Assembly (NCBI RefSeq): GCF_000734015.1
Contig: NZ_CP008796.1
Coordinates: forward strand, 1,140,001-1,172,000
Length of the DNA: 32,000 nt
Direction of reading: 5' to 3'
Origin: Thermodesulfobacterium commune DSM 2178
GTDB lineage: Bacteria > Desulfobacterota > Thermodesulfobacteria > Thermodesulfobacteriales > Thermodesulfobacteriaceae
Shown here piece by piece: positions 23,962-32,000 of this stretch. The notes beneath the pieces are model-generated. The model searched no databases. It was not told the origin of the DNA and saw only the letters and a list, made by a program, of their open reading frames with translations. Made by a program: the position numbers and the translations under genes. How positions within the stretch are numbered: position 1 is the first letter of the stretch; every line of letters starts with the position of its first letter.

Positions 23962-25131
23962 TTACTTCGTTAAAGCTAAAATTCCTGGCAGGTCTTTTCC
24001 TTCTAAATACTCTAAAAAGGCCCCACCTGCGGTAGAAACATAGGAAAATCCTGTTTCTACGCAGGCATATTTTATGGCAGAAAGGGTATCTCCTCCCCCT
24101 GCTATGGTGGTACAGGTAAGAGAGGCAATCTTTCTGGCTATCTCGACAGTTCCATAGTCAAAAGGTGGCTTTTCGAAATACCCTAAAGGTCCGTTCCAGA
24201 CCACAGTTTTAGCTCCATCAAGGCTTCTGCAGAAAAGTTTTACCGTCTCCTTTCCTATGTCAAACACCTTATCTTCTTTAACGATTTCCCTTAAGCCCTT
24301 AGCTAAAACCTGTCCGTTGTTTTCAACCACTACATCTACCGGTAAATAAATTTTAACCTCCTTTTCCTTAGCTTCTTTAAGAATTTCCTTTGCCACCTCT
24401 ATGTATTCTTCTTCTACAAAAGAATCTCCTACAGAATACCCTTTGGCTGCAAGAAAGGTGTTGGCCATCGCCCCACCGATGATAAGCTTGTCAAGCTTGT
24501 TAAGTAAGCTCTTTAAAACCCCTATTTTGGTGGAAACCTTACTTCCTCCTACTACCGCATAAAAAGGCCTTTCAGGCTTTCCTACAATCTTGGAAAGATA
24601 TTTCAGTTCCTTTTCCATCTGAAAACCAATCCCCTTTTCTTTAACCAAAAGAGGAACACCTACCACAGAGGCATGCGCCCTGTGGGAGACAGAAAAAGCA
24701 TCGTTGATGTAGATGTCTGCAAACTTGGCTAAAGCCTTGGCAAAATCAGGGTCGTTTTTGGTTTCTCCCTCGTAAAATCTTATGTTTTCTAAAAGCAAAA
24801 TCTCCCCTTCTTTCAGGTTTTCGAGTTCTTTTTCTGCCTCAGGACTCAAAAAATCCTCTAAAAACTTGACCTCTCTGTCTTTAAAAACCGTTTTCAAATA
24901 TTCATAAACAGGCCTTAAAGAAAATTCAGGCACTCTTTTTCCCTTAGGTCTTCCTAAATGAGAACAAAGGATAACCTTACCATAGGAATGCAACACATGG
25001 GTAATGGTAGAAAGGCTTTCTACTATACGAGTATCGTCTAAAATTTTGCCGTTTTCTAAAGGGACGTTAAAATCAACCCTTATAAAAACCTTTTTACCTT
25101 TAAGGTCAAAATCCCTTAAGGTTTTAAGCAT
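23962..25131 (-). CDS. pgk: phosphoglycerate kinase
   Basis: 389 aa with RVDFNVP, FYAVVGGSKVSTKI and STAGGAFLE motifs. Confidence 0.95.
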   Translation of the reverse strand: MLKTLRDFDLKGKKVFIRVDFNVPLENGKILDDTRIVESLSTITHVLHSYGKVILCSHLGRPKGKRVPEFSLRPVYEYLKTVFKDREVKFLEDFLSPEAEKELENLKEGEILLLENIRFYEGETKNDPDFAKALAKFADIYINDAFSVSHRAHASVVGVPLLVKEKGIGFQMEKELKYLSKIVGKPERPFYAVVGGSKVSTKIGVLKSLLNKLDKLIIGGAMANTFLAAKGYSVGDSFVEEEYIEVAKEILKEAKEKEVKIYLPVDVVVENNGQVLAKGLREIVKEDKVFDIGKETVKLFCRSLDGAKTVVWNGPLGYFEKPPFDYGTVEIARKIASLTCTTIAGGGDTLSAIKYACVETGFSYVSTAGGAFLEYLEGKDLPGILALTK

Positions 25132-25143
25132 GGCTCCTTCCCC

Positions 25144-25620
25144 TTAAACCTGGTTTATCTTTTTTAAAAGGTTTATCATCTCAAGGGCACTTAGAGCAGC
25201 CTCAGCCCCTTTATTACCGGCTTTGGTGCCAGCTCTTTCTATCGCCTGCTCTATCGTGTCTGTAGTAAGGATACCAAAGATAATAGGGATTTCCGTTTCT
25301 AACATCACCTGAGCTACCCCTTTTGAAGCTTCAGCGGCTACGTATTCAAAATGAGGGGTAGCTCCTCTTATGATAGCCCCTAAACAAATGACTGCGTCAA
25401 ACTTCTGGGTCTTTGCAAGCTTTTTAGCCACAAGAGGAATTTCAAAAGCCCCTGGCACCCAGGCTACATAGATATTTTCCTCTTTTACCTTGTGTCTTTT
25501 TAGCACATCTAATGCACCTTCTAAAAGTTTTTGGGTAATAAACACGTTAAAACGGCTGATCACTATACCTACTTTGACGTCTTCTCCCTCAAAAAACCCC
25601 TCTAAAACTTTATAGTTCAT
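25144..25620 (-). CDS. ribH: 6,7-dimethyl-8-ribityllumazine synthase
   Basis: 158 aa with [17 protein letters not shown] and [14 protein letters not shown] motifs. Confidence 0.93.
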   Translation of the reverse strand: MNYKVLEGFFEGEDVKVGIVISRFNVFITQKLLEGALDVLKRHKVKEENIYVAWVPGAFEIPLVAKKLAKTQKFDAVICLGAIIRGATPHFEYVAAEASKGVAQVMLETEIPIIFGILTTDTIEQAIERAGTKAGNKGAEAALSALEMINLLKKINQV

Positions 25621-25635
25621 AAAAAGCCCCCTTGA

Positions 25636-25977
25636 TTAAGGTTTTTTTTCTTCCTTTGCCTGAGGAGAAGAATAGATGATGATTTTTTCTCCTTCTTTTA
25701 TGTATCCATATTTAGTCCGTAAGATCTCTTCATAAGGCTCATCAGAAGAGGTTAACCTTTTAATTTCACCTTCATAATATACATTTTCTCTTCTGACTCG
25801 TTCCACCTCTTCCATCTCCTTTTTGATTAAAAAATTTAGCGTTAAAAAAACAGCACATGTAAGGCCTAAAAAAATCAAGAGTAAGGTAAAAAAAACCTTC
25901 TTAAACCTGCTCTTTTTTTTCTTAGCATAAGGTTTGATATAAATTTGAGGACCTTTCTTCCTCATGGCTAAAACCAT
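25636..25977 (-). CDS. FtsB/DivIC-like septum formation initiator (bitopic coiled-coil protein)
   Basis: 113 aa. It has a basic N-terminus, one TM helix and a short coiled coil, then SDEPYEEILRTKYGYIKEGEKIIIY, which matches the FtsB/DivIC C-terminal pattern. An alternative start at ATG 25965 lies 2 nt after the upstream stop. Confidence 0.55.
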   Translation of the reverse strand: MVLAMRKKGPQIYIKPYAKKKKSRFKKVFFTLLLIFLGLTCAVFLTLNFLIKKEMEEVERVRRENVYYEGEIKRLTSSDEPYEEILRTKYGYIKEGEKIIIYSSPQAKEEKKP

Positions 25978-26807
25978 TGCCAGGGTGATGGCTGTGGTTG
26001 GGTCTGCGGTTGCATCAAGGATTGAGGTTGAGGTTGAATTTGAGGTTGAGGTTTGGAAAAAGCCGGATTAACGGTATACGCCTCTTTCTGAGGAGTTTTT
26101 AAAGACGTCTGAGGGTTTACCTCTAAAGGTTGATGAGAAACCACCACCCCAGGAGGAGGGGGAGGGGGAGGGATGGGAATGCTTATTTTAAACTCACTTT
26201 CTTTAGCAAAAAGGTTAGACATCCAGTCTGACAACTTTTCAAATGGGTTTAACTTACTAAAAAAAGATTTCTTTTCTTTTATTATCTGAACGTTATACTC
26301 TTTTGTCTCGGATAGATTCTTAGGTAAAGGAGTAATTCCTCCCGCAGGAGTACTAACCTGAGACTGAGAAGGTCCAGAAAAAGAAGTAAAGGTTTGAGGC
26401 TGAGGACTACCCTCAACCAAAATCCTTTTTATCTCTTCCAAGTAAACGGCTATCTTAGAAAAAAGTTGATCTCTTGCTACCTTTTCTTCTTTAGTCCAAA
26501 CCTCTTTAGGGGTCGGACTTACGCTATCAAGCTTTAGTTTTAATGCTACCTGTTCTTTCTCCACCTTTATCTCTGAGGAAAGGAGATAGTCTAATCCAGA
26601 TAACGTTCGTCCATCTTCTAACGACACGGTTTTTACCTTAGAAGGCACCCACAGCCTGTGATAAATATGGTTTTGTAAAGCTTCTCTTAAATAACCGTAT
26701 TCTGCAGGTGCCTCAAGTTTTAAGGGTAATATACCTACTTTTAGTTCTGCCCAGGCAAAACTACAAAAAACAAAAAACCAAAAAAAGATAAGCCTTAAAA
26801 TTTTCAC
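25968..26807 (-). CDS. hypothetical secreted protein with a Pro/Gln-rich C-terminal tail
   Basis: 279 aa. The GTG start overlaps the ppsA stop (GTGA). It has a signal peptide (MKILRLIFFWFFVFCSFAWA) and a structured N-domain, then IPIPPPPPPPG and a (P-Q)n tail ending WQWF. I recognise no family. Confidence 0.5.
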   Translation of the reverse strand: MKILRLIFFWFFVFCSFAWAELKVGILPLKLEAPAEYGYLREALQNHIYHRLWVPSKVKTVSLEDGRTLSGLDYLLSSEIKVEKEQVALKLKLDSVSPTPKEVWTKEEKVARDQLFSKIAVYLEEIKRILVEGSPQPQTFTSFSGPSQSQVSTPAGGITPLPKNLSETKEYNVQIIKEKKSFFSKLNPFEKLSDWMSNLFAKESEFKISIPIPPPPPPPGVVVSHQPLEVNPQTSLKTPQKEAYTVNPAFSKPQPQIQPQPQSLMQPQTQPQPSPWQWF

Positions 26808-29239
26808 TTTTTCTTTTTTAACTCCTTTTCTTTCTCAGCAACCAAAAGCCTGGTTTTAATTACAGTATCTGGGGAAAGGCTCATAGAATCGATCCCACAT
26901 TCTACCAAAAACGCAGCAAAATCAGGAAAATCACTGGGTGCCTGTCCACAGATTCCGACCTTTCTTCCGAACTTATGGGCAGTTTCAATAAGTTGTTTTA
27001 TCAAAATTTTGATGGCTGGGTTTCTTTCGTCATAGATGTGGGACACTAACTCTGAGTCTCTGTCTAATCCCAAGGTAAGCTGGGTTAAATCGTTAGACCC
27101 TATCGAAAAACCGTCAAAAATCTTGGCAAATTCTTCTGCCAAGATAACGTTGCTTGGTATTTCAGCCATCACATATATCTCTAACCCGTTTTCTCCCTGT
27201 TTAAGCCCATATTTTTCCATCACCTTAATAACCCTTTCCCCTTCTTCTACCGTCCTGCAGAAGGGCACCATAACTTTGATGTTGGTAAGCCCCATTTCGT
27301 CTCTGGCCTTCTTGATAGCCTTGCACTCTAAAGCAAAGGCAGGTTCAAACTTAGGGTCATAATACCTTGAAGCCCCTCTCCAACCTAACATCGGGTTATG
27401 CTCTACTGGCTCATAGAGATATCCTCCCACCAGGTTAGCATATTCATTGGTCTTAAAATCTGAAAGTCTCACGATAACATCCTTAGGATAAAAGGCAGCA
27501 CCTATCATCGCAATACCTTGAGCCAGTTTATCTACATAAAAATCAGCCTTATTGGCATAGTTATAAGCTCTTTCTTCGATCACAGCTACTACCTTTTCGA
27601 TTTCCTTATCCTTTTTAGCCTCTTCTTTCAACTTTTCATAGTTAAGCAACGCCAGAGGATGGATCCCTATATGAGACCCGATGATAAACTCTATACGAGC
27701 AAGACCTACTCCATCGTTTGGTATCTGTGCCTGAGCAAAGGCTTGTTCAGGGATACCTACATTCATCATGATTTTGGTCCTGGTTTCAGGAAGTTTCTCA
27801 AGGTCTATCCTTTCAACTTCATAGTCTACCAACCCTTCTAAAACTCTTCCTATCTCGCCTTGAGAGCAATCAACGGTAATTTTATCTCCGGTGTTGATAA
27901 GTTTGGTAGCATTTTCTGTACCTACGATACAGGGTATTCCCAATTCTCGAGAAACTATGGCTGCATGGCAGGTTCTTCCGCCTCTATCGGTAATGATGGC
28001 AGAGGCTTTTTTCATGATAGGTTCCCAATCAGGGTCTGTCATCTCAGTTACCAAAATCTCCCCTGGTTTAAAATTTGCAATTTCGTTTAAGCTAAGGATA
28101 ACTCGAGCTTTCCCCTGCCCTATCTTACTTCCTACAGCCTTACCGGTGCAGATAACCCTACCTTCTCCTTTAAGTTTATAGACTTCATAATATTTATACT
28201 CCTTGATGGCGTGTACCGTTTCAGGTCTTGCCTGAACGATAAAAATCTCTCCTGTGCCGATAGTTTTTCCATCTCCGTCTTTAGCCCACTCTATATCCAT
28301 AGGCCGTTCATAGTGTTCTTCGATGATCATCGCCCATTTGGCAAGTTTTAAAATTTCTTCATCAGAAAGCACAAAGCTTAATCTTTCGTCTTTGGTGGTT
28401 TTAACTGTCTTAACCGGATGTTTTGGGTCCTCTCCATAAACCATCTTAAGGTGTTTCGAACCTAACTTTTTAGAAAGGATAGGACGAAACCCCTGTTTAA
28501 GGGTAGGCTTAAAAACATAATATTCATCAGGGGTGACCTTACCCTGAACCAAGGCTTCTCCTAATCCCCAGGTGCCTGTGATGTAGACCACATCTCTAAA
28601 ACCGCTTTCTGTATCTAAGGTAAACATAACTCCTGAACAAGCGGCATCACTTCTTACCATCTTTTGTATGGCTACTGAGATGTAAATAGAAAAATGATCA
28701 AACCCTTTATCCTCTCTGTAGGAAATGGCTCTGTCGGTAAAAAGAGAGGCAAAACACTTTTGGACATATTTTACGACATTATCTACCCCTCTGATGTTAA
28801 GAAAGGTCTCTTGTTGTCCGGCAAACGAGGCATCTGGCAAATCTTCAGCGGTAGCAGAAGACCTGACAGCTACATCGGTATTCTTGCCATATCTTTTCTC
28901 AAGCTCAGCATAGGCATCTCTTATAGCAGTCTCAAGTTTCTCTGGCATTTTAGCCTTAAGAAGAAGGGTCCTGATCTTCTTACCTCTTTTTTGTAGATCT
29001 AATACGTCATGAGTATCAAGCCCTTTTAAAATTTCTTTTATCTTATCGTCTAAATGGTTTTCTTTTATAAAATATCGATAGGCCTCTGCAGTTACCGCAA
29101 AACCATAAGGCACCTTAATTCCTTTTTCTGTAAGTTTAGAATACATCTCTCCCAAAGAGGCGTTTTTACCGCCAACCAAAGGTACATCGTCTTTGGAAAT
29201 CTGATCAAACCATAGAATCAAAGGTTTTTGATCACTCAT
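26804..29239 (-). CDS. ppsA: phosphoenolpyruvate synthase
   Basis: 811 aa. N-terminal ATP-grasp (VPLVGGKNASLGEM), phosphohistidine swivel domain (GGRTCHAAIVSRELGIP) and a C-terminal PEP-utilising TIM barrel. RBS GGAGG. Confidence 0.95.
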   Translation of the reverse strand: MSDQKPLILWFDQISKDDVPLVGGKNASLGEMYSKLTEKGIKVPYGFAVTAEAYRYFIKENHLDDKIKEILKGLDTHDVLDLQKRGKKIRTLLLKAKMPEKLETAIRDAYAELEKRYGKNTDVAVRSSATAEDLPDASFAGQQETFLNIRGVDNVVKYVQKCFASLFTDRAISYREDKGFDHFSIYISVAIQKMVRSDAACSGVMFTLDTESGFRDVVYITGTWGLGEALVQGKVTPDEYYVFKPTLKQGFRPILSKKLGSKHLKMVYGEDPKHPVKTVKTTKDERLSFVLSDEEILKLAKWAMIIEEHYERPMDIEWAKDGDGKTIGTGEIFIVQARPETVHAIKEYKYYEVYKLKGEGRVICTGKAVGSKIGQGKARVILSLNEIANFKPGEILVTEMTDPDWEPIMKKASAIITDRGGRTCHAAIVSRELGIPCIVGTENATKLINTGDKITVDCSQGEIGRVLEGLVDYEVERIDLEKLPETRTKIMMNVGIPEQAFAQAQIPNDGVGLARIEFIIGSHIGIHPLALLNYEKLKEEAKKDKEIEKVVAVIEERAYNYANKADFYVDKLAQGIAMIGAAFYPKDVIVRLSDFKTNEYANLVGGYLYEPVEHNPMLGWRGASRYYDPKFEPAFALECKAIKKARDEMGLTNIKVMVPFCRTVEEGERVIKVMEKYGLKQGENGLEIYVMAEIPSNVILAEEFAKIFDGFSIGSNDLTQLTLGLDRDSELVSHIYDERNPAIKILIKQLIETAHKFGRKVGICGQAPSDFPDFAAFLVECGIDSMSLSPDTVIKTRLLVAEKEKELKKKK

Positions 29240-29356
29240 GACAAACCTCCATTAAAAAATTGATCTTTAACAACTTTTACCAACCTTTTAAAAAGGATAT
29301 TAGCAAAATTATTTCTCTTGTCAAGGCAAACTATCTGTGTTATTTTAGTAAAACAT

Positions 29357-29806
29357 ATGAAAGTAGTGTGCACCAACAAAAAGGCCTATCATCTATATAA
29401 CATCGAAGAAACCTATGAAGCTGGGATCCAGCTTTATGGATGTGAAGTCAAATCATTAAGATTAGGCAGGGCTAATCTTAACGACAGTTTTGCCAGGATT
29501 GTCAACGGAGAGGTATTTCTCTATAACATGCACATAAGTCCCTATCCACACAGCAGAGAAGCCCAAAACCTTGATCCCACCCGCACAAGAAAACTTTTGC
29601 TAAAAAAATCGGAAATCAAAAGGTTGGCAGGAAAGGTGCAGGAAAGAGGTTATACCCTTATTCCTACCAAAGTCTACTTTAACGAAAGAGGATTGGCTAA
29701 GGTAGAGTTAGCCTTAGCTAAAGGTAAAAAAGTCTATGACCGCAGAGAAGACATCAAAAAAAGGGATCTTGAACGAGAACTTTCAAGAAAATATAAAATA
29801 AAATAA
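29357..29806 (+). CDS. smpB: SsrA-binding protein SmpB
   Basis: [29 protein letters not shown] ... [12 protein letters not shown] ... [29 protein letters not shown] place the start at ATG 29357. The track's 29318 start is a TTG that adds a non-conserved leader. Confidence 0.92.
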   Translation: MKVVCTNKKAYHLYNIEETYEAGIQLYGCEVKSLRLGRANLNDSFARIVNGEVFLYNMHISPYPHSREAQNLDPTRTRKLLLKKSEIKRLAGKVQERGYTLIPTKVYFNERGLAKVELALAKGKKVYDRREDIKKRDLERELSRKYKIK

Positions 29807-29810
29807 AAGA

Positions 29811-32000
29811 ATGCGTCCTTTATTTCTTTCTATCAAAGGGTTTGGTCCTTATTTAGACGTTAAAATCAGCGAACAGGATTTTAAAAAGTTAAACGACAGC
29901 AGGTTGTTTCTGATCTCAGGAGAGATAGGTGCAGGGAAAACCACACTTTTCGATGCCATCGTTTATGCTCTTTACGGAACCACTACCATAGAAAAGCGAG
30001 ACCCAAAGGCCCTTGTTTCTCACCTTGTCCAACACCAGGCTAACCTCCTGCCAGAAATAGAGTTTAAGTTTTTCTTAGACGGAAAAGAATACAGAATCAT
30101 AAGAAGGCTTCCTTTCAAAGAAAAAGGTAAAAAATTAAGTCTATGGATAGAAGGCAAATTTTTTTCTGACAAAGAAAAAGAGGTCAACAGTAAAATACAG
30201 TCTTTGATAGGGCTTAATGCCGAGCAGTTTAAAAAGGTCTTTCTTATTCCTCAAGGAGAGTATCGTAAAATACTTCTTGCAGAAAAAAAGGAAAGAGAAG
30301 AGCTTTTTAAGATCATCTTTGACACCTTTTTGTTTGCCGAGTTAGAAGAGTTTTTTAAACTTAGTCTAAAAGAACTCCAAAACCAGATCAAGTCAAACTT
30401 AGACCGGGAAAACCAGATCAAAAAACTGGCTAACATTAACGAATTAAAAGAACTGGAAGATCAAATAAAAGAAACCAAAAAAAATCTTTCAACCTTAGAG
30501 GCAGAGGTTAAAAACCTTACTAAGGAAAGAGAAACTCTAAGTCAGGAAATATCAACCAAACAAACCCTCTTGTCTGACCTAAAAACCTTTCGTGAGGTTT
30601 TACAAGGGTTAGAGAATCTCTTTGCCTTAGAAAATGAGATAAAACAAAAAGAAAACAGGTTAGAACTTTTAAACACTGTTAAAGATTATTTGCCTTTTTA
30701 TGAAGACTTTAAAAAATTTAAACAGGAAATATGGAAAGTAAGGTTTAAAATCAAAGATCTTTCTGCCAAAAAAATAAAACTATCTGCAGTTTTAAACACC
30801 CTTTCCCAAAATCTCTCCCAAGTTTTATCTCAAATTCCAGAAATAGAAGACCTGAAGTTAAAAGTAAAGGAGTTGAAACAGTTAGAAGAAAAGCTTAAAG
30901 AAAAAACAGCGTTAGAAATATCAGTCGATCAACTTTCTAAGGAGGTTCAGTCTAAAGACGAAGAAATTTTTTCAATCCGGGAAGAAATTAAAAAACTTAA
31001 ACAACTCCTTGAGGAAAACTCAGAAAAATTAAACCTTTTATTAAAAATTCAAAGCTGGCTTAACGAAGAAAAACAAATTAGACAGCTCTTAGAAAAGTTT
31101 ACTAAACTAAACCATTTCTTAAGTAAAAAACCTGAATTAGAAAACAAAGTAGCTAATCTTTCTACTGAAATAGAGAAGTTAGAAAAGCAAAAACAGGAGT
31201 TTGAGGTTAAAAACCTTGCTTTAACGGTTGCTAAAGCTTTAGAAGAAGGAAAACCTTGCCCTGTCTGTGGGTCAACCTCTCATCCCTCTCCCATCACCGA
31301 TAAAAACTTTACTGAAGAATTAAACAATCTAGAAAAAATTTTAACAGAGAAAAAAAGGGATTTTGAACACTACAAAACTCAGTTTCAAACCTTGGAGATA
31401 AGGATTGACACATTACAAACTGAGCTCTCCCCTTATCAGGAAGAAGAATTAAAAGAAAAATTAGCCCAAATAGAAGCACAAAAAAGTGCTTATCCAGAGC
31501 TTGTTTCCCAGTATCAAAAGAATCCTATGATCATTAAAATCCTTGAAGGTAAAATCAAAGAACAAAAAAATATCCTTTCTAAAAAAGAAACAGAAGAAAA
31601 AGACCTCTCTTTAGCCTTAGAAAACCAAAGAAAGAAGCTTTTGCTATCAAAAGGACGCCTGGAAGAATTAACAAATAGTTTAAAAGCTCTCCTTACAGAA
31701 GAGATAAGTTTAGAAGCTTTAAAAAGAAAAATCGTTACCGAAGAAAAAAAGATTACTGAGTTTGAAACCCAAAAAACCGACTTAGAAAAACAGATAAACA
31801 GCCTTACCAACCAAAAAACCGCGATAGAACAGGACTTAAAAAACCAAAAAGAATTTTTGCAGCATCTTTTAACAAACTATAAAGCTAAGGTTTTTAAACT
31901 GTTACCCCTAAAAAGACAAAAAATTATAAACCGGTGGGACGAGTTTGAGGAACTAAAACCTGAGATAGGTAAAATCCAAACCTTAGAAGCTGAAATAAAA
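29811..32000 (+). CDS. sbcC: SbcC/Rad50-like SMC-family ATPase (partial; continues past the right edge)
   Basis: Hand translation from ATG 29811, open for all 730 codons to the window end. MRPLFLSIKGFGPY..., Walker A GEIGAGKTT (29919-29945), LIPQGEYRKILLAEKKEREELF (SbcC Q-loop region), a long K/E/L coiled coil, and a zinc hook CPVCG at 31257-31271 followed by STSHP. Absent from the ORF track because it has no stop in the window. Confidence 0.8.
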   Translation, partial: MRPLFLSIKGFGPYLDVKISEQDFKKLNDSRLFLISGEIGAGKTTLFDAIVYALYGTTTIEKRDPKALVSHLVQHQANLLPEIEFKFFLDGKEYRIIRRLPFKEKGKKLSLWIEGKFFSDKEKEVNSKIQSLIGLNAEQFKKVFLIPQGEYRKILLAEKKEREELFKIIFDTFLFAELEEFFKLSLKELQNQIKSNLDRENQIKKLANINELKELEDQIKETKKNLSTLEAEVKNLTKERETLSQEISTKQTLLSDLKTFREVLQGLENLFALENEIKQKENRLELLNTVKDYLPFYEDFKKFKQEIWKVRFKIKDLSAKKIKLSAVLNTLSQNLSQVLSQIPEIEDLKLKVKELKQLEEKLKEKTALEISVDQLSKEVQSKDEEIFSIREEIKKLKQLLEENSEKLNLLLKIQSWLNEEKQIRQLLEKFTKLNHFLSKKPELENKVANLSTEIEKLEKQKQEFEVKNLALTVAKALEEGKPCPVCGSTSHPSPITDKNFTEELNNLEKILTEKKRDFEHYKTQFQTLEIRIDTLQTELSPYQEEELKEKLAQIEAQKSAYPELVSQYQKNPMIIKILEGKIKEQKNILSKKETEEKDLSLALENQRKKLLLSKGRLEELTNSLKALLTEEISLEALKRKIVTEEKKITEFETQKTDLEKQINSLTNQKTAIEQDLKNQKEFLQHLLTNYKAKVFKLLPLKRQKIINRWDEFEELKPEIGKIQTLEAEIK

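Noticed and set aside
4489-29239. About 25 kb of uninterrupted minus-strand genes as a single 'super-operon'
   Set aside because: Co-orientation with very short gaps is common in compact thermophile genomes and on the leading strand. Clear terminators or likely promoters (5229-5275, about 11371-11410, 21876-21994) split it into separate units, so I do not treat it as one functional system.
29318-29356. TTG-initiated 13-residue leader on SmpB
   Set aside because: The conserved SmpB N-terminus begins at [12 protein letters not shown] (ATG 29357). The TTG is more plausibly part of a TTGTCA -35-like hexamer.
29240-29356. tmRNA (ssrA) next to smpB
   Set aside because: The 117-bp gap is too short and AT-rich, and it has no tRNA-like acceptor/T-arm sequence. 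No tRNA-like GC-rich segments occur in any intergenic region of the window.
30251-31810. Minus-strand ORFs 30251-30436 and 31514-31810
   Set aside because: They lie antisense to the K/E-rich coiled-coil region of the SbcC-like gene. Their F/S/L-rich products are the expected complement of AAA/GAA-rich coding sequence.
1-32000. CRISPR arrays, transposons/IS elements, prophage or integrative-element boundaries, defence islands
   Set aside because: I saw no spaced direct repeats, transposase/integrase/recombinase ORFs, flanking inverted or direct repeats, or abrupt compositional shifts. Gene content is core metabolism, respiration and motility.

Overview
AT-rich, tightly packed bacterial chromosome. 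The protein content is K/E/I-rich and anaerobe-typical (rubrerythrin, 1-Cys-type peroxiredoxin, an 11-subunit Nuo complex), which suggests a thermophilic anaerobe such as a Thermodesulfobacteria-like lineage. That taxon call is inference only. Layout, left to right: (i) An iron and oxidative-stress neighbourhood at 1-5.1 kb. It holds a FeoA-GGDEF fusion cut by the left edge (not in the ORF track; I translated it by hand), a Cys-insert FeoA, a DUF2325-like gene broken by an in-frame TAG, a peroxiredoxin plus small wHTH bicistron, a TonB-dependent receptor and rubrerythrin. (ii) A flagellar hook module, fliK-flgD-flgE(467 aa)-flgE(758 aa), on the minus strand at 5.3-11.3 kb. (iii) A complete nuoABCDHIJKLMN operon with no nuoEFG, preceded by and abutting a DmsB-like four-cluster ferredoxin gene (11.5-21.9 kb). 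(iv) A housekeeping string, ppsA / Pro-rich secreted protein / FtsB-like / ribH / pgk / tpiA / CoA-binding protein / ScpA-like (22.0-29.2 kb). (v) smpB and an SbcC/Rad50-like ATPase running off the right edge. I found no rRNA, tRNA or tmRNA, no CRISPR array, and no transposase, integrase or terminal inverted repeats. Most of the window is ordinary core genome, and I do not see a convincing novel multi-gene system. The points most worth a second look are the FeoA-only/GGDEF module, the ferredoxin-headed 11-subunit Nuo operon, the tandem hook paralogs (one with an internally duplicated insert), the interrupted DUF2325 gene, and a shared operator-like motif on the prx and rbr promoters.
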